The notes under the pieces are model-generated. The model did not search any database, was not told the origin of the DNA, and worked only from the letters and a program-made list of their open reading frames with translations. DNA of 42,859 nt, taken from positions 1 to 42,859 of the forward strand of contig MNYV01000035.1 of assembly GCA_001873285.1 (NCBI GenBank), written 5' to 3'. Positions 9,586 to 20,487 of the stretch are shown in pieces (within the stretch, counting starts at the first letter, position 1; the number at the start of each line of letters is the position of its first letter). A program made the translations under genes and the position numbers. The DNA comes from Nitrospirae bacterium CG2_30_53_67 (GTDB taxonomy: Bacteria; CG2-30-53-67).

Positions 9586-10529
9586 GCGGGTTTCATTCCC
9601 CCCCCGGATTCCGGATGATACAAAAATTTGCATGCTTCCTTTCGGGCCGGGCATTCCAAGTGACAGGGCTCTACATGGATGACCACATCAGAGTTTTTGA
9701 TGAGCGCCTCGATCTCCTTCTCAATATGGTCCGTAATCCTGTGCGCCTCGTCCAGGTTTTTGTCCTTGCAGGTAACCAGGTGAAGGTCGATCAGTTTCAG
9801 GGAGCCTGACCGCCTTGTTCTCATCTTGTGATATTCAATGATTTCCGGGGAGTGGCTCAGAATAATTCTGTTGATCTCTCGTTGAATATCCTCGGGTATA
9901 TATTTGTCCATGAGGGCATCCGTGGAAGAACGAAAAATCTTAAATGCCGAATAGATCACCCAGAGCCCGATCAGGATCGCGATGATCTGGTCGAAGATGA
10001 TCCTCCCTTGCAGTTGAGCGAGGATCAGGGCGATCACTACACCGGTGTTGGTGTAGGTATCCATGACAAAATGAAAGGAATCGGCTTGCAGGAGCGGAGA
10101 ATCGGTCTCCTTGCCGATCCTTGCCAATCTCCTCCCCACCCAAAAGCTGATGATACTGGAGCAGATCATGACCAGGATGCCCGCGCCGAAATCAGGGGCC
10201 CGGCGAACGTAAAGCGCCTCACGGATGCCCTCTCCGATCAGGAGTAATCCGGCGATCCCAAGGAACAGGGCTTGAAACAGAGAGGCGATGTTCTCGACCT
10301 TTCCATGACCGTATGGATGTTCCGAATCGGCCGGCTGGACCGATTGCTTCATGGAAATAAAATTGATCGTCGAGACAAGAACGTCCATCAGAGAATCCAC
10401 GCCTGACGAGAGCATCCCCAGAGAGTTGAGCATCAAGGCGGTTGAAACCTTGGAGACAGAGAGGAAAATGGCTGCCGCAACTGAAAATCGCGCAGCTTTC
10501 ATTTTTTTCACTTCATCCGCAAGCTTCAT
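9582..10529 (-). CDS. Cation diffusion facilitator (FieF-like) transporter
   Basis: DSLMD, HPYGHGKVE, HFVMD, C-terminal dimerisation domain IHVEP. Confidence 0.93.
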   Translation of the reverse strand: MKLADEVKKMKAARFSVAAAIFLSVSKVSTALMLNSLGMLSSGVDSLMDVLVSTINFISMKQSVQPADSEHPYGHGKVENIASLFQALFLGIAGLLLIGEGIREALYVRRAPDFGAGILVMICSSIISFWVGRRLARIGKETDSPLLQADSFHFVMDTYTNTGVVIALILAQLQGRIIFDQIIAILIGLWVIYSAFKIFRSSTDALMDKYIPEDIQREINRIILSHSPEIIEYHKMRTRRSGSLKLIDLHLVTCKDKNLDEAHRITDHIEKEIEALIKNSDVVIHVEPCHLECPARKEACKFLYHPESGGGMKPA

Positions 10530-10550
10530 GATCCCATATCTCCGAATCTC

Positions 10551-11081
10551 TTACCGGGTATCCCCGCAGATGCGGCGCTCCAGGTCCAGGAGAGATTTTT
10601 TGATCTTCAATCCTGCGCTGAAACCGCCCAGGGCGCCATCCTTGGAAATCACCCTATGGCATGGAATCAGGATGGGAACCGGGTTGGCCGCGCAGGCCGC
10701 ACCCACGGCCCGGCATGCCTGGGGATGACCGATCTGCTCCGCCACCCATTGATAACTTCTTTTCGCCCCGAAGGGGATCTCACGCAAGGCGTTCAGGACC
10801 CGCTGCTGGAAAGGGGTCATCCTGTTCAGATCGATTTTTGAGTGAAACTGCCGGATTCTCCCTTGGAAGTAGTTCTCCAGTTCTCTTGCCGTCTCATGCA
10901 ATGGGTCACATTCACGCGCGGGTGTCATATGGAACGCATTTACGGCCTCGTTTAAAAAATCCTGGAATGTGCTTTCCTGTAATGTAATCCTGCAGATTCC
11001 TCTCCCCGTGGAAAAAACGCCCACGGCTCCGAAAGCCGCAGGAACCCGGATATAAGATAGGGATAACGGGCGGGCCATCAC
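10551..11081 (-). CDS. ogt: Methylated-DNA--protein-cysteine methyltransferase
   Basis: IPCHRV active site, RAVGAAC, HTH. Confidence 0.93.
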   Translation of the reverse strand: MMARPLSLSYIRVPAAFGAVGVFSTGRGICRITLQESTFQDFLNEAVNAFHMTPARECDPLHETARELENYFQGRIRQFHSKIDLNRMTPFQQRVLNALREIPFGAKRSYQWVAEQIGHPQACRAVGAACAANPVPILIPCHRVISKDGALGGFSAGLKIKKSLLDLERRICGDTR

Positions 11082-11259
11082 TGCTCCTGATTCAATTTTT
11101 TCAGGTTAACACAAAAATCCGATATATCACAATGATTTTTGAATGGGGCGCTTGAAAGGTCCGCCCGCAAGGTCTTTTCAAAACGTTTTGACCTTGACAC
11201 GTCTTCACCCCTATTATATATTTCATCAGAATTTTATCGTTATTTTGGAGGTGTTATTC

Positions 11260-11709
11260 ATGAAAGTCATTCTCAGAGAGGATGTTGAAAATCTTGGAAG
11301 GATCGGCGATATGGTGCAGGTCAAACCCGGCTATGCACGGAACTATCTGATCCCTCAGGGAAAGGCCGGCGAGGCTACGGTGCGTAATATCAAGGCGCTT
11401 GAACATCAGAAGAAGCTGGTGCAGGACCGGATCATGAAGACCGTCAAGTCGGCCGAGGCGCTTGCACAGAGGATAGAATCCGTTTCCGTGACGATCTCAC
11501 AAAAGGTGGGTGAAAACGACCGCCTCTTCGGTTCCGTCACGACCTTGCATATTGCAGATGCCTTGAAGGAAGAAGGGATCGAAGTCGACAAAAAGAAAAT
11601 CCTTCTGGAAGAACCGATCAAACAACTCGGAGTCTATAGTGTCCCCATCAAACTGCATACGGAGGTGACTGCGAATCTGAAGGTCTGGATCGTAGAAGAT
11701 AAGGAATGA
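11260..11709 (+). CDS. rplI: 50S ribosomal protein L9
   Basis: MKVILREDVENLG...VKPGYARNYLIP, RLFGSVT; start reassigned to the ATG after ggagg. Confidence 0.97.
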   Translation: MKVILREDVENLGRIGDMVQVKPGYARNYLIPQGKAGEATVRNIKALEHQKKLVQDRIMKTVKSAEALAQRIESVSVTISQKVGENDRLFGSVTTLHIADALKEEGIEVDKKKILLEEPIKQLGVYSVPIKLHTEVTANLKVWIVEDKE

Positions 11710-11783
11710 CTTCTTTTGATGTCTCAACCATGAATTGATCGGAAAGATTCGCCGGCTGCTTCCCAAAAAAAACTTATGAATTC

Positions 11784-13178
11784 GTGAGGAAACAAACCTT
11801 GCTCCCATCCGGAGAAATCCTGGAGAAAGTCCCTCCTCAGAACATCGAGGCCGAACAGGCGGTGCTGGGGTCGATCCTGCTTCAGAACACGGCCATGAAC
11901 AAGGCCCTGGAGCAGATCGTCAGCGCCGATTTCTATACGACCGGCCACCAGAAGATCTTCGCCGCCATGACCCAGATGAACATGGCCGGCGAGGCCATAG
12001 ACCTGGTGACCCTGCGGGAGCACCTCTCACGAAAGAACCTCATGGATAGCGTGGGCGGAACGGCGTATCTCTCCCAACTGACCGATGTCGTTCCTACGGC
12101 GGCAAACATCCTGCATTACATCCGTATCGTCAAGCAGAAATCGATCGCCCGCAGATTAATCCACGTGGCCACAGATATCGTCCGAGAGGGATTCAGTGAG
12201 GGGTTGAGCGTGGAACAACTGCTGGAGTCCGCGGAAAAGCGGATCTTCGAAATCTCAGGCGAGAACATCCGCAGGGGATTCGTGGATATCCGCAGCATCC
12301 TTAAAGACAGTTTCGAGGTCATCGAGCGCCTTTATGAGAAGCAGGAACTGATCACCGGCATTCCGACCGGATTTACGGATCTGGATATCAAGACATCGGG
12401 ATTCCAACCCTCCGACCTGATTGTCGTCGCAGGACGTCCATCCATGGGAAAGACGTCCCTTTGTCTGAACATCGCCCAGTATGCGGCAATCAAGGCAAAA
12501 AAACCCGTGGCTATTTTTTCCCTGGAGATGTCCAAGGAACAGTTGGTCTTACGCATGCTTTGTGCAGAAGCAAAAGTGGACGCCCACCGTTTACGCACCG
12601 GCCAGCTTTCGAAATCCGACTGGCCGAGGTTGACGCTGGCAGCGGGAGAACTCTCCGAGGCGCCCATTTTTATCGATGATACGCCGGCCATCTCCGTGCT
12701 GGAGATGCGGGCCAAGAGCCGAAGACTGACCATGGAACACGGCATCTCTCTGATCATCGTGGACTACCTGCAACTGATGCGCGGGCAGACCTCCTCGGAA
12801 CGGCGTGAACAGGAGATCTCCGAGATCTCCCGTTCTCTCAAGGCCCTGGCCAAGGAACTGCGTATTCCGGTCATCGCGCTGTCCCAGTTGAACCGGGGCG
12901 TGGAGACCCGGCAGGATAAAAAACCTCAGCTTTCGGACCTTCGCGAATCGGGCGCCATCGAGCAGGATGCGGATGTGATTCTATTTGTCTACCGGGATGA
13001 AGTCTATAAAGAGACCGAGGACAACCTGGGCAAGGCCGAAATCATTATCGGGAAACAGAGAAACGGACCCACAGGAATGGTTCCCCTTCATTTTGAAAAG
13101 AAATATACCCTGTTTCAAAACTACAGCCCCCGGGAACAGGAAAAGGACTATGCCGAGTCCACGTCCCACTATAGCTGA
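11784..13178 (+). CDS. dnaB: Replicative DNA helicase
   Basis: PPQNIEAEQ, GRPSMGKT, DYLQL, LRESGAIEQDAD; no intein. Confidence 0.98.
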   Translation: MRKQTLLPSGEILEKVPPQNIEAEQAVLGSILLQNTAMNKALEQIVSADFYTTGHQKIFAAMTQMNMAGEAIDLVTLREHLSRKNLMDSVGGTAYLSQLTDVVPTAANILHYIRIVKQKSIARRLIHVATDIVREGFSEGLSVEQLLESAEKRIFEISGENIRRGFVDIRSILKDSFEVIERLYEKQELITGIPTGFTDLDIKTSGFQPSDLIVVAGRPSMGKTSLCLNIAQYAAIKAKKPVAIFSLEMSKEQLVLRMLCAEAKVDAHRLRTGQLSKSDWPRLTLAAGELSEAPIFIDDTPAISVLEMRAKSRRLTMEHGISLIIVDYLQLMRGQTSSERREQEISEISRSLKALAKELRIPVIALSQLNRGVETRQDKKPQLSDLRESGAIEQDADVILFVYRDEVYKETEDNLGKAEIIIGKQRNGPTGMVPLHFEKKYTLFQNYSPREQEKDYAESTSHYS

Positions 13179-14286
13179 AATCAACCTGCAGGCCCTGCGG
13201 CATAATCTTCATCAGGTCATGCGGTTGGCGGGCCCTGAGAGAGCAATCCTTGCTGTCGTCAAGGCGGACGCCTATGGGCACGGCGCCGTCGAAATCAGCC
13301 GGGCGCTGAAGGAGGAAGGGATCCGGTTCTTCGGTGTGGCGACCGTAGAAGAAGGGATCAAACTCAGGGAGGCCGGCATAGATGGATCCATCACGGTTTT
13401 AGGGGGGGTCTTCCCTGAAGAGCATAGCCTGCTTTTGGATTGGAATCTCACCCCGGTTCTCTACCATCTTCCCTGGGCCCAAGAACTCTCCCGGATGGTT
13501 CAGGGCCTGGGACATGGGATCCCGGTCCAGATCAAGGTGGACACCGGCATGGGACGCCTGGGGCTGAACCCGGATGAGGCCCTGAAGGACATTCCGAAGA
13601 TCGCCCAACTCCCGGGGCTGAACGTGGAGGGGATCATTTCCCATTTTGCCGATGCAGACCTGGAGGACAAGGCCTTTACAGAAGGGCAGCTCAAGAAGTT
13701 CCAGGCGCTTCTCGATCATCTTTCAGATCTCGGGATCCGGATTCCATTCCGGCACATCTCCAACAGCGCGGCCGTCATGAGTTTCCCGCCGGCGCTCTTC
13801 AATATGGTACGGCCGGGGATCATGCTCTATGGGTATATGCCGTCGGATTCGTTTCCAGGCAAAGTGGACCTGCAGCCGGTCCTCTCGTGGAATACCAGAA
13901 TCATCCACCTTAAGGAAGTCCCGGCCGGAACCCCGCTCAGCTATGGGCGCACCTTCGTCACCCGGCGGAAGAGCCGCATCGCCACCCTTGCCGTGGGATA
14001 TGCAGACGGGTATTCCCGATCCCTCTCCAACCGGGCCGAGGTCCTGGTGAACGGGAGAAGGGCCCCCGTGGTGGGGAGGGTCACCATGGACATGACCCTG
14101 ATTGATGTCACCGATATCCCGGAGGCAAACCTGGGAGGCCGGGCGACCCTCATCGGAGAGGACAAAGGAGACCGAATCACGGCATGGGACCTCGCCCGAT
14201 GGGGGAATACCATTGCCTATGAGGTCCTCTGCGGCATCGGCCGCAGGGTCCCCCGTGTCTACGGAAGAGGTGAACATGGAGAATAA
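13150..14286 (+). CDS. alr: Alanine racemase
   Basis: AVVKADAYGHG, KVDTGMGRLG, GYADG, GRVTMD. Confidence 0.96.
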   Translation: MPSPRPTIAEINLQALRHNLHQVMRLAGPERAILAVVKADAYGHGAVEISRALKEEGIRFFGVATVEEGIKLREAGIDGSITVLGGVFPEEHSLLLDWNLTPVLYHLPWAQELSRMVQGLGHGIPVQIKVDTGMGRLGLNPDEALKDIPKIAQLPGLNVEGIISHFADADLEDKAFTEGQLKKFQALLDHLSDLGIRIPFRHISNSAAVMSFPPALFNMVRPGIMLYGYMPSDSFPGKVDLQPVLSWNTRIIHLKEVPAGTPLSYGRTFVTRRKSRIATLAVGYADGYSRSLSNRAEVLVNGRRAPVVGRVTMDMTLIDVTDIPEANLGGRATLIGEDKGDRITAWDLARWGNTIAYEVLCGIGRRVPRVYGRGEHGE

Positions 14287-15076
14287 AGGTCAAGGGACCG
14301 GTTATGTGTCTGACTTCCTGGAACTCCTGGGCGGCTGGATCCTGAATGGCATTGAAGAGATCGGAAAGGTGATCATGCTTTTCTTCAATGCCCTGGTCTG
14401 GACTTTCCAGCCCCCTTTCTTTTTCAAGAATACCATTAAACAGATGCTGGAGGTCGGCGTCCATTCGATCCCGGTTGTCCTGATCACGGCCACCTTTACC
14501 GGGATGGTCCTCGCCCTTCAGACCCATACCGGATTCCAGCGCTTTAATGCAGAAAGCCTGGTCGGCACGGTAGTGGCCCTCTCCATGACCCGGGAACTCG
14601 GACCTGTGCTGACCGGATTGATCGTCGCCGGCCGGGCCGGATCGGCCATGGCGGCGGAACTCGGAACCATGCGGGTGACCGAACAGATTGACGCCCTCTA
14701 CACCCTGGCAACCAATCCGATCAAATATCTGGTCGTTCCCCGGCTGATTGCCGGCCTGGTGATGCTCCCGATCATGACGGTCCTTTCGGATATCGTGGGA
14801 ATCTACGGGGGGCTCTTTGTGAGCGTGACCATCCTGGACGCGAATCAGACGGTTTATCTCCGTAGGACCTGGGACTACCTGGAGTATAACGACATCTACA
14901 GCGGCCTCTTGAAGGCCGCCGTCTTCGGCCTGATCATCTCCCTGATCGGCTGCTACAAAGGTTTTTACACCCAGGGGGGAGCCGAAGGGGTGGGAAAAGC
15001 CACCACGGGTTCCGTGGTCATCTCCTCCATGCTGATCCTGATCTCGGACTATTTCATGACGGCCATCCTGTTTTGA
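14276..15076 (+). CDS. mlaE: MlaE family ABC permease
   Basis: RELGPVLTGLIVAGRAGSAMAAELGTMRVTEQIDAL. Confidence 0.95.
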   Translation: MENKGQGTGYVSDFLELLGGWILNGIEEIGKVIMLFFNALVWTFQPPFFFKNTIKQMLEVGVHSIPVVLITATFTGMVLALQTHTGFQRFNAESLVGTVVALSMTRELGPVLTGLIVAGRAGSAMAAELGTMRVTEQIDALYTLATNPIKYLVVPRLIAGLVMLPIMTVLSDIVGIYGGLFVSVTILDANQTVYLRRTWDYLEYNDIYSGLLKAAVFGLIISLIGCYKGFYTQGGAEGVGKATTGSVVISSMLILISDYFMTAILF

Positions 15077-15146
15077 TCCGGTCCGGAGCAGGGGAAAGAA
15101 AAAAACCGAGATGGGGAGAACCCGGACTGCTGGAAATTAAAAAGCC

Positions 15147-15926
15147 ATGATTAAAATTGTAGAGTTGAGCAAATCCTTTGGCGAGAACCATGTGCTTCAG
15201 GGAGTGGACCTGGAGATCAAGGAAGGTGAGAGCATGGTCGTTATCGGGGGGAGCGGATCCGGCAAGAGCGTCCTGATCAAGCACATCATCGGCATCCTCC
15301 GTCCGGACACGGGGCGGATCTACGTGGCCGGAGAAGATATTGCTCAGGTCAGTGAACATGAGCTGAACCAGGTGAGAAAAAAATTCGGGATGCTCTTTCA
15401 GGCGGCCGCCCTGTTCGACTCTCTGTCCGTATGGGAAAACGTGGGGTTCGGTCTGAAACAGCATACCCGCCTGTCGAACAAGGAGATCCGGGAAAAAGCC
15501 CGTGAAAAGCTGGCCATGGTCGGGCTCTATGATGTGGAAGACCTTCGCCCGTCGGAACTTTCCGGCGGTATGCAGAAACGGGTGGGTCTGGCCAGGGCCA
15601 TCGCCATGGAACCTCAGATCCTCCTGTATGATGAACCGACCACCGGCCTCGACCCCATCAACGCCGATATGATCAACAACCTGATCATCGACATGCGGGA
15701 AAAGCTGAATGTGACCTCCGTAGCCATCACCCATGACATGGTCAGTGCGTACAAGATAGCGGACAGGATTGCCATGCTCTACAGGGGGAAGATCCTGCAG
15801 ATCGGCGCCCCCTCGGAGATCCAGGCCACGGAGAATCCCTATGTCCGCCAGTTCATAGCGGGCAGCGCGGTGGGCCCGATCACTGAAGATCTTGAAAAAG
15901 AATTGATGGAAAGGAGCGCCAAATGA
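15147..15926 (+). CDS. mlaF: MlaF family ABC ATPase
   Basis: GGSGSGKS, LSGGMQKRVGLARA, YDEPTTGLDP. Confidence 0.94.
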   Translation: MIKIVELSKSFGENHVLQGVDLEIKEGESMVVIGGSGSGKSVLIKHIIGILRPDTGRIYVAGEDIAQVSEHELNQVRKKFGMLFQAAALFDSLSVWENVGFGLKQHTRLSNKEIREKAREKLAMVGLYDVEDLRPSELSGGMQKRVGLARAIAMEPQILLYDEPTTGLDPINADMINNLIIDMREKLNVTSVAITHDMVSAYKIADRIAMLYRGKILQIGAPSEIQATENPYVRQFIAGSAVGPITEDLEKELMERSAK

Positions 15927-17338
15927 AACTCAGTGCCGAGGCCAAAGTAGGCCTCTTCGTATTCATGGGGATCCTGATCCTGACCTATATGTCTTTTCGT
16001 GTCGGGGAAATTCATGTAGGGAAAAAATCGGGGAAGATGATCAATCTTCTCTTCGATTCCGCGGCCGGGCTGAGCAAGGATTCCTCGGTCCAAATCGCCG
16101 GTGTGGAGGTGGGCAAGGTCTATGACATTCAGCTCAAGGATGGGAAGGCCAATGTCATTGCCAGGATTGATCCCGGGATCTCGATCGACCGGGACTCCAA
16201 GGCCTATATCCGCTCGCTCGGCCTCCTGGGCGACAAGTATCTGGAGATCTCGCTCGGCAAATCCGGGGAGTCCATCAAGGAGGGGGAGACCCTTATGGCG
16301 CCGCCGGGAAGCGAGGATATCGGGAAGCTGGTCAGCAAGCTCTCCTCGATCGCGGACGACGTCAAGGCCGTCTCCTCTTCCCTCCGCGGGGCGCTGGGAA
16401 CCCAGGAAGGCGAACTCTCGATGCGTGAGATCGTGCAGAACTTTCGGGACCTGAGCGGAAACCTGAACCGTATTGTGGAGCGGAACAATGAACGCTTTGA
16501 CCGCGTTCTTGCAAACATCGACGAACTCACAGCGAACCTGAACCAGACGGTCAAGCAAAACAGGGATGATTTCCGAAAAACCGTAAGCCACGCCCGAACG
16601 GCAAGCGAGTCCATCGACAGCATCTTCAGAAAAGTGGACGAAGGCAAAGGGACACTGGGGCGGCTGGTCAATGAGGACGACATCTCGGGAAACCTGAACA
16701 ATGCCCTGGTCTCGGCCAACGACGTTCTCGGCGTCAAGAAAAAATACAAGACCTTCGTGTCGCTGCGCAATGAAGATCTTGTTGAAGCCAAGGATTCCAA
16801 GGCATACGTCTCCCTCAAGCTGCAGCCCAGAAAAGACAAGTTCTACCTTTTCGAGCTGGTCAGTCCTGAAGGGTCCAAGGGTGATTTTTCCCAAACCTTG
16901 ACGACCTCCCATATCACCAATACCGGAACCGGCGCCGGGTCGGCCTACTACCCGACCGACGTGACCCAGACCGTATTGGAGGAGAAGACCTCGGACAGGT
17001 TGATGTACACGGCGATGTTCGGAAGGAGTTTCGGCCAGACCTCCTTCCGGATCGGCCTTGAGGAGACTACCGGCGGTCTCGGGGTCGATCATACCTTCTT
17101 CGGCAATCAGGCAGCGCTCCATCTGGATGTCTGGGACCTGAAGGGAGAAAACAGCTTCGGGGGCGGGCCCCATTCCAAGGTCCGAGGCGATTACAATTTC
17201 CTGAAATTTTTCTATCTGACTGCCGGATATGACAACTTCCTGAACAACGAGGACTCTTCCCTGTTCTACGGGGCGGGGATCCAGTTCGAGGACGAGGATA
17301 TCAAGGATCTCTTGAGCCTCCTCCCGGTCAAGAACTGA
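15923..17338 (+). CDS. mlaD: MlaD/MCE family protein with long helical region and beta-rich C-terminus
   Basis: EAKVGLFV, VQIAGVEVGKV, GLLGDKYLEI. Confidence 0.9.
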   Translation: MKLSAEAKVGLFVFMGILILTYMSFRVGEIHVGKKSGKMINLLFDSAAGLSKDSSVQIAGVEVGKVYDIQLKDGKANVIARIDPGISIDRDSKAYIRSLGLLGDKYLEISLGKSGESIKEGETLMAPPGSEDIGKLVSKLSSIADDVKAVSSSLRGALGTQEGELSMREIVQNFRDLSGNLNRIVERNNERFDRVLANIDELTANLNQTVKQNRDDFRKTVSHARTASESIDSIFRKVDEGKGTLGRLVNEDDISGNLNNALVSANDVLGVKKKYKTFVSLRNEDLVEAKDSKAYVSLKLQPRKDKFYLFELVSPEGSKGDFSQTLTTSHITNTGTGAGSAYYPTDVTQTVLEEKTSDRLMYTAMFGRSFGQTSFRIGLEETTGGLGVDHTFFGNQAALHLDVWDLKGENSFGGGPHSKVRGDYNFLKFFYLTAGYDNFLNNEDSSLFYGAGIQFEDEDIKDLLSLLPVKN

Positions 17339-17423
17339 TCCGGTTGACGTTTCATGTTTAAAAATATTGATTTCCAATTTCTGCATGGTTAAACTTAAAC
17401 ACGGAAGAGAGTAAAACCCCATC

Positions 17424-18770
17424 ATGACCAAGATAAAGAGCTATTTCGCCTGCCAGTCCTGCGGATACCAGACTTACAAATGGATCGGCCGGTGTCCGGA
17501 CTGCGGCAAATGGAACAGTTTCATAGAAGAACGTGAGGCATCCGGAACTTTTTCCAAAAATCATGTCCGGCCCGAACCGGTCTCGCTCGGTGAGGTCAGC
17601 AAGGATCAGGAAGAGAGGATCCCGATCGGACTTTCTGAAATGGACCGCGTCCTGGGGGGCGGGCTGGTCCAGGGCTCGGTGACCCTGATCGGGGGCGACC
17701 CCGGCATCGGAAAATCCACCCTGTTGCTTCAGATCGCCGACTCCTTGTCACGTCAGGGACAGGAGATCCTATATGTCACGGCCGAAGAATCCCTCCGGCA
17801 GGTGAAGATCCGAGCCGACCGTCTCGGCATCAACCGCTCTTCACTTAAGCTCTTATCCGAAAACTGTCTTGAGGGGGTCATGCAGGTCATCTCCGACCTT
17901 TCCCCCGGCATGGTCGTTATCGATTCGGTACAGACGGTCTACACGGACACCATCCAGTCCGCCCCGGGCTCTGTCAGCCAGGTTAGGGAGGTCGCCGGCA
18001 TCCTCACCCGCATGGCCAAGCAAAAGGATATCTCAGTCTTTCTGATCGGCCATGTGACCAAGGACGGAAGCATTGCAGGGCCCAGGGTCCTCGAGCATAT
18101 CGTGGATACGGTCCTCTATTTCGAGGGGGACCAGGGACATGCCTACCGGATCATCCGAACCATCAAAAACCGTTTCGGGTCCACTCAGGAGATCGGCGTC
18201 TTCGAGATGAAGGAACAAGGCCTTGTAGAGGTCAAGAACCCTTCGGAGATGTTTCTTGCAGAACGCCAGAGCGCCGTCCCCGGGTCCGTGGTCGTGGCCA
18301 GCATGGAGGGAACCCGGCCGATCCTTGTCGAGCTTCAGGCCCTGGTCACACCCGTGGAGTTCGGCGTTCCGAGGAGGATGACCACCGGAGTGGACAAGAA
18401 CCGGGTGAATCTCCTGATCGCCGTCCTGGAGAAGCGGGCCGGCATCCCCCTGAACAGCCAGGACGTCTTCGTCAATGTGGTGGGCGGGATCACCCTGACC
18501 GAACCGGCCGCGGAGCTTGGAATCATCTCCGCCGTGGTCTCCAATTTCAGGGGGATCCCCATGGGAGAGAAGACCCTTGTTTTCGGAGAGACCGGTCTCG
18601 GAGGAGAAGTCCGTTCGGTCAGCCGGCCCCAGGCCAGGATCCGTGAGGCCGCCAAACTCGGATTCAGGCGCTGCATTTTACCCAAGCGTTCACTCTCCGA
18701 AGTGGATGCCCTCGGCATGGAACTCGTCGGCGTGGACGGGATCGATGCCTTGCTCGAGATTCTTCTATGA
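17424..18770 (+). CDS. radA: DNA repair protein RadA/Sms
   Basis: CQSC..CPDC, GDPGIGKST, KNRFG, Lon-like C-terminus. Confidence 0.97.
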   Translation: MTKIKSYFACQSCGYQTYKWIGRCPDCGKWNSFIEEREASGTFSKNHVRPEPVSLGEVSKDQEERIPIGLSEMDRVLGGGLVQGSVTLIGGDPGIGKSTLLLQIADSLSRQGQEILYVTAEESLRQVKIRADRLGINRSSLKLLSENCLEGVMQVISDLSPGMVVIDSVQTVYTDTIQSAPGSVSQVREVAGILTRMAKQKDISVFLIGHVTKDGSIAGPRVLEHIVDTVLYFEGDQGHAYRIIRTIKNRFGSTQEIGVFEMKEQGLVEVKNPSEMFLAERQSAVPGSVVVASMEGTRPILVELQALVTPVEFGVPRRMTTGVDKNRVNLLIAVLEKRAGIPLNSQDVFVNVVGGITLTEPAAELGIISAVVSNFRGIPMGEKTLVFGETGLGGEVRSVSRPQARIREAAKLGFRRCILPKRSLSEVDALGMELVGVDGIDALLEILL

Positions 18771-18780
18771 GGGGACAGGG

Positions 18781-20487
18781 ATGCTCCGTGATCTTCGTAT
18801 CCAGAATTTCGCCATCATAGAAGATATCTCACTCACATTCGACCTCGGACTGAACATCATTACCGGAGACACCGGGGCGGGGAAATCCATCCTCGTGGGC
18901 GCCCTGGGCCTGATTCTGGGAGGACGGGGCTCGCCTGAAATGATCCGGACCGGAGAGGAGCAGGCCCGCATCACCGCCTGCTTTGATCTGCGCGGACAGC
19001 CCGAACAGATCCAGCGGATCCGGGACTTGGGCATCGAGATACCGGACGGAGAGCTCATGGTCCACCGGAACCTCAGCCGATCCGGAAAAGCAAAGATCAC
19101 GCTGAACGGGGATCCTGCCACGGCCGGGATCCTTTCCCAGATCAGCGAGAACCTCGTGGACATCCATGGTCAGCACGAACACCATTCCCTCCTGAACCGG
19201 GAGCATCATATTGATCTCCTCGATGCGTTCGGCGGTCTTTCCCCCATATTGTCGCAATACAAAGAAGTCTACCTTGAACTCACCCGCCTTAAAGAAAAGC
19301 TGCATCGTCTTGAGAGAGAAGGGAAGGACCTCCCGCGCCGGATCGATTTTCTTCAGTACCAGATCAGGGAGATCATGGATTTCAATCCGGAACCCGGCGA
19401 AGAAGAGGACCTAATCCGGGAAATCCAGGTGCTGAGGAACACGGAACGGATCGCATCCCTGGCCCAGGGGGCCTATGCCGAGCTTTATGAATCAGAAGGC
19501 GCGGTTTCGGACCGGATCGGCCGGATCATAGGGAGCCTGAGCGAACTCTCCTCCATCGATATGAGGATCGAGGCATTGTCCAAGCAGGGGGAAGAGGTAA
19601 AGTACCGTATCGAGGACATGGCGCGTACCCTCCGGGACTATCTCTCCCGCATAGAACCGGACCCGGACCGGCTCGCAGCCGTAGAGGAGAGGCTGGAGGG
19701 CCTTCGTCACCTGAAACGTAAGTACGGCCCGACCATCGAAGAGATCCTGCAATTCAGGCAGGCCGCGGAAGAGGATCTGAAGGGGCTGACCGGAGACGAG
19801 GCGGACCACTCTCTCTTGAATGAGGCCTGCAATAAGGCCCTCACTGCCGCAGCAAAGCTGGCTGAAGATCTCTCGAAATCCCGCAGGAGCTCAGCTCGAA
19901 GCATGGAGCGCGCGCTGGAGAAGGAACTCGCCGTCCTGGGGATGTCCGGGACGCGGTTTGTGGCGCAGATGGAAAAATATCCGGCCAGGCCCGAAGATCC
20001 TGCGGATACACGAGGCCGGGCCCTCACCTCAAAGGGCATGGACCAGGTGGAATTCCTGGTCTCACCCAATGTGGGAGAGGAACCCAAAGCGCTCTCCCGG
20101 ATCGCCTCCGGCGGGGAACTCTCTCGGATCATGCTGGCCATCAAGACGGTGCTCGCCGGCGTGGACCGGGTCGGGATCCTGGTTTTCGATGAAGTCGACT
20201 CCGGTATCGGCGGGGGCATTGCGGAAGTCCTCGGGAAAAGGCTTGCCTTTGTGGCCCGGGACCGCCAGGTCATCTGCGTTACCCACCTTCCCCAGATCGC
20301 CAGTCAGGGAAACACCCACTACCATATTGCAAAAGAAGTTCAGGACGGACGGACCCGGGTCACGGCCCGCCGCCTCGAGAGCAAGGATAGGATTCAGGAG
20401 ATCGCCCGGATGCTCGGCGGGATCGAGATGACCCGGACCACGGTACAGCATGCCAAAGAGATGTTGAAACTTTCAAATGGCCTATGA
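18781..20487 (+). CDS. recN: DNA repair protein RecN
   Basis: TGDTGAGKS, IHGQHEH, ASGGELSR, FDEVDSGIGG, THLPQIA. Confidence 0.96.
   Translation: MLRDLRIQNFAIIEDISLTFDLGLNIITGDTGAGKSILVGALGLILGGRGSPEMIRTGEEQARITACFDLRGQPEQIQRIRDLGIEIPDGELMVHRNLSRSGKAKITLNGDPATAGILSQISENLVDIHGQHEHHSLLNREHHIDLLDAFGGLSPILSQYKEVYLELTRLKEKLHRLEREGKDLPRRIDFLQYQIREIMDFNPEPGEEEDLIREIQVLRNTERIASLAQGAYAELYESEGAVSDRIGRIIGSLSELSSIDMRIEALSKQGEEVKYRIEDMARTLRDYLSRIEPDPDRLAAVEERLEGLRHLKRKYGPTIEEILQFRQAAEEDLKGLTGDEADHSLLNEACNKALTAAAKLAEDLSKSRRSSARSMERALEKELAVLGMSGTRFVAQMEKYPARPEDPADTRGRALTSKGMDQVEFLVSPNVGEEPKALSRIASGGELSRIMLAIKTVLAGVDRVGILVFDEVDSGIGGGIAEVLGKRLAFVARDRQVICVTHLPQIASQGNTHYHIAKEVQDGRTRVTARRLESKDRIQEIARMLGGIEMTRTTVQHAKEMLKLSNGL

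Noticed and set aside
15839..17431. 530-aa minus-strand ORF, and many similar antisense ORFs (e.g. 7233-8063, 22107-22850)
   Set aside because: Shadows of well-supported plus-strand genes in GC-rich codon-biased DNA; no recognisable motifs
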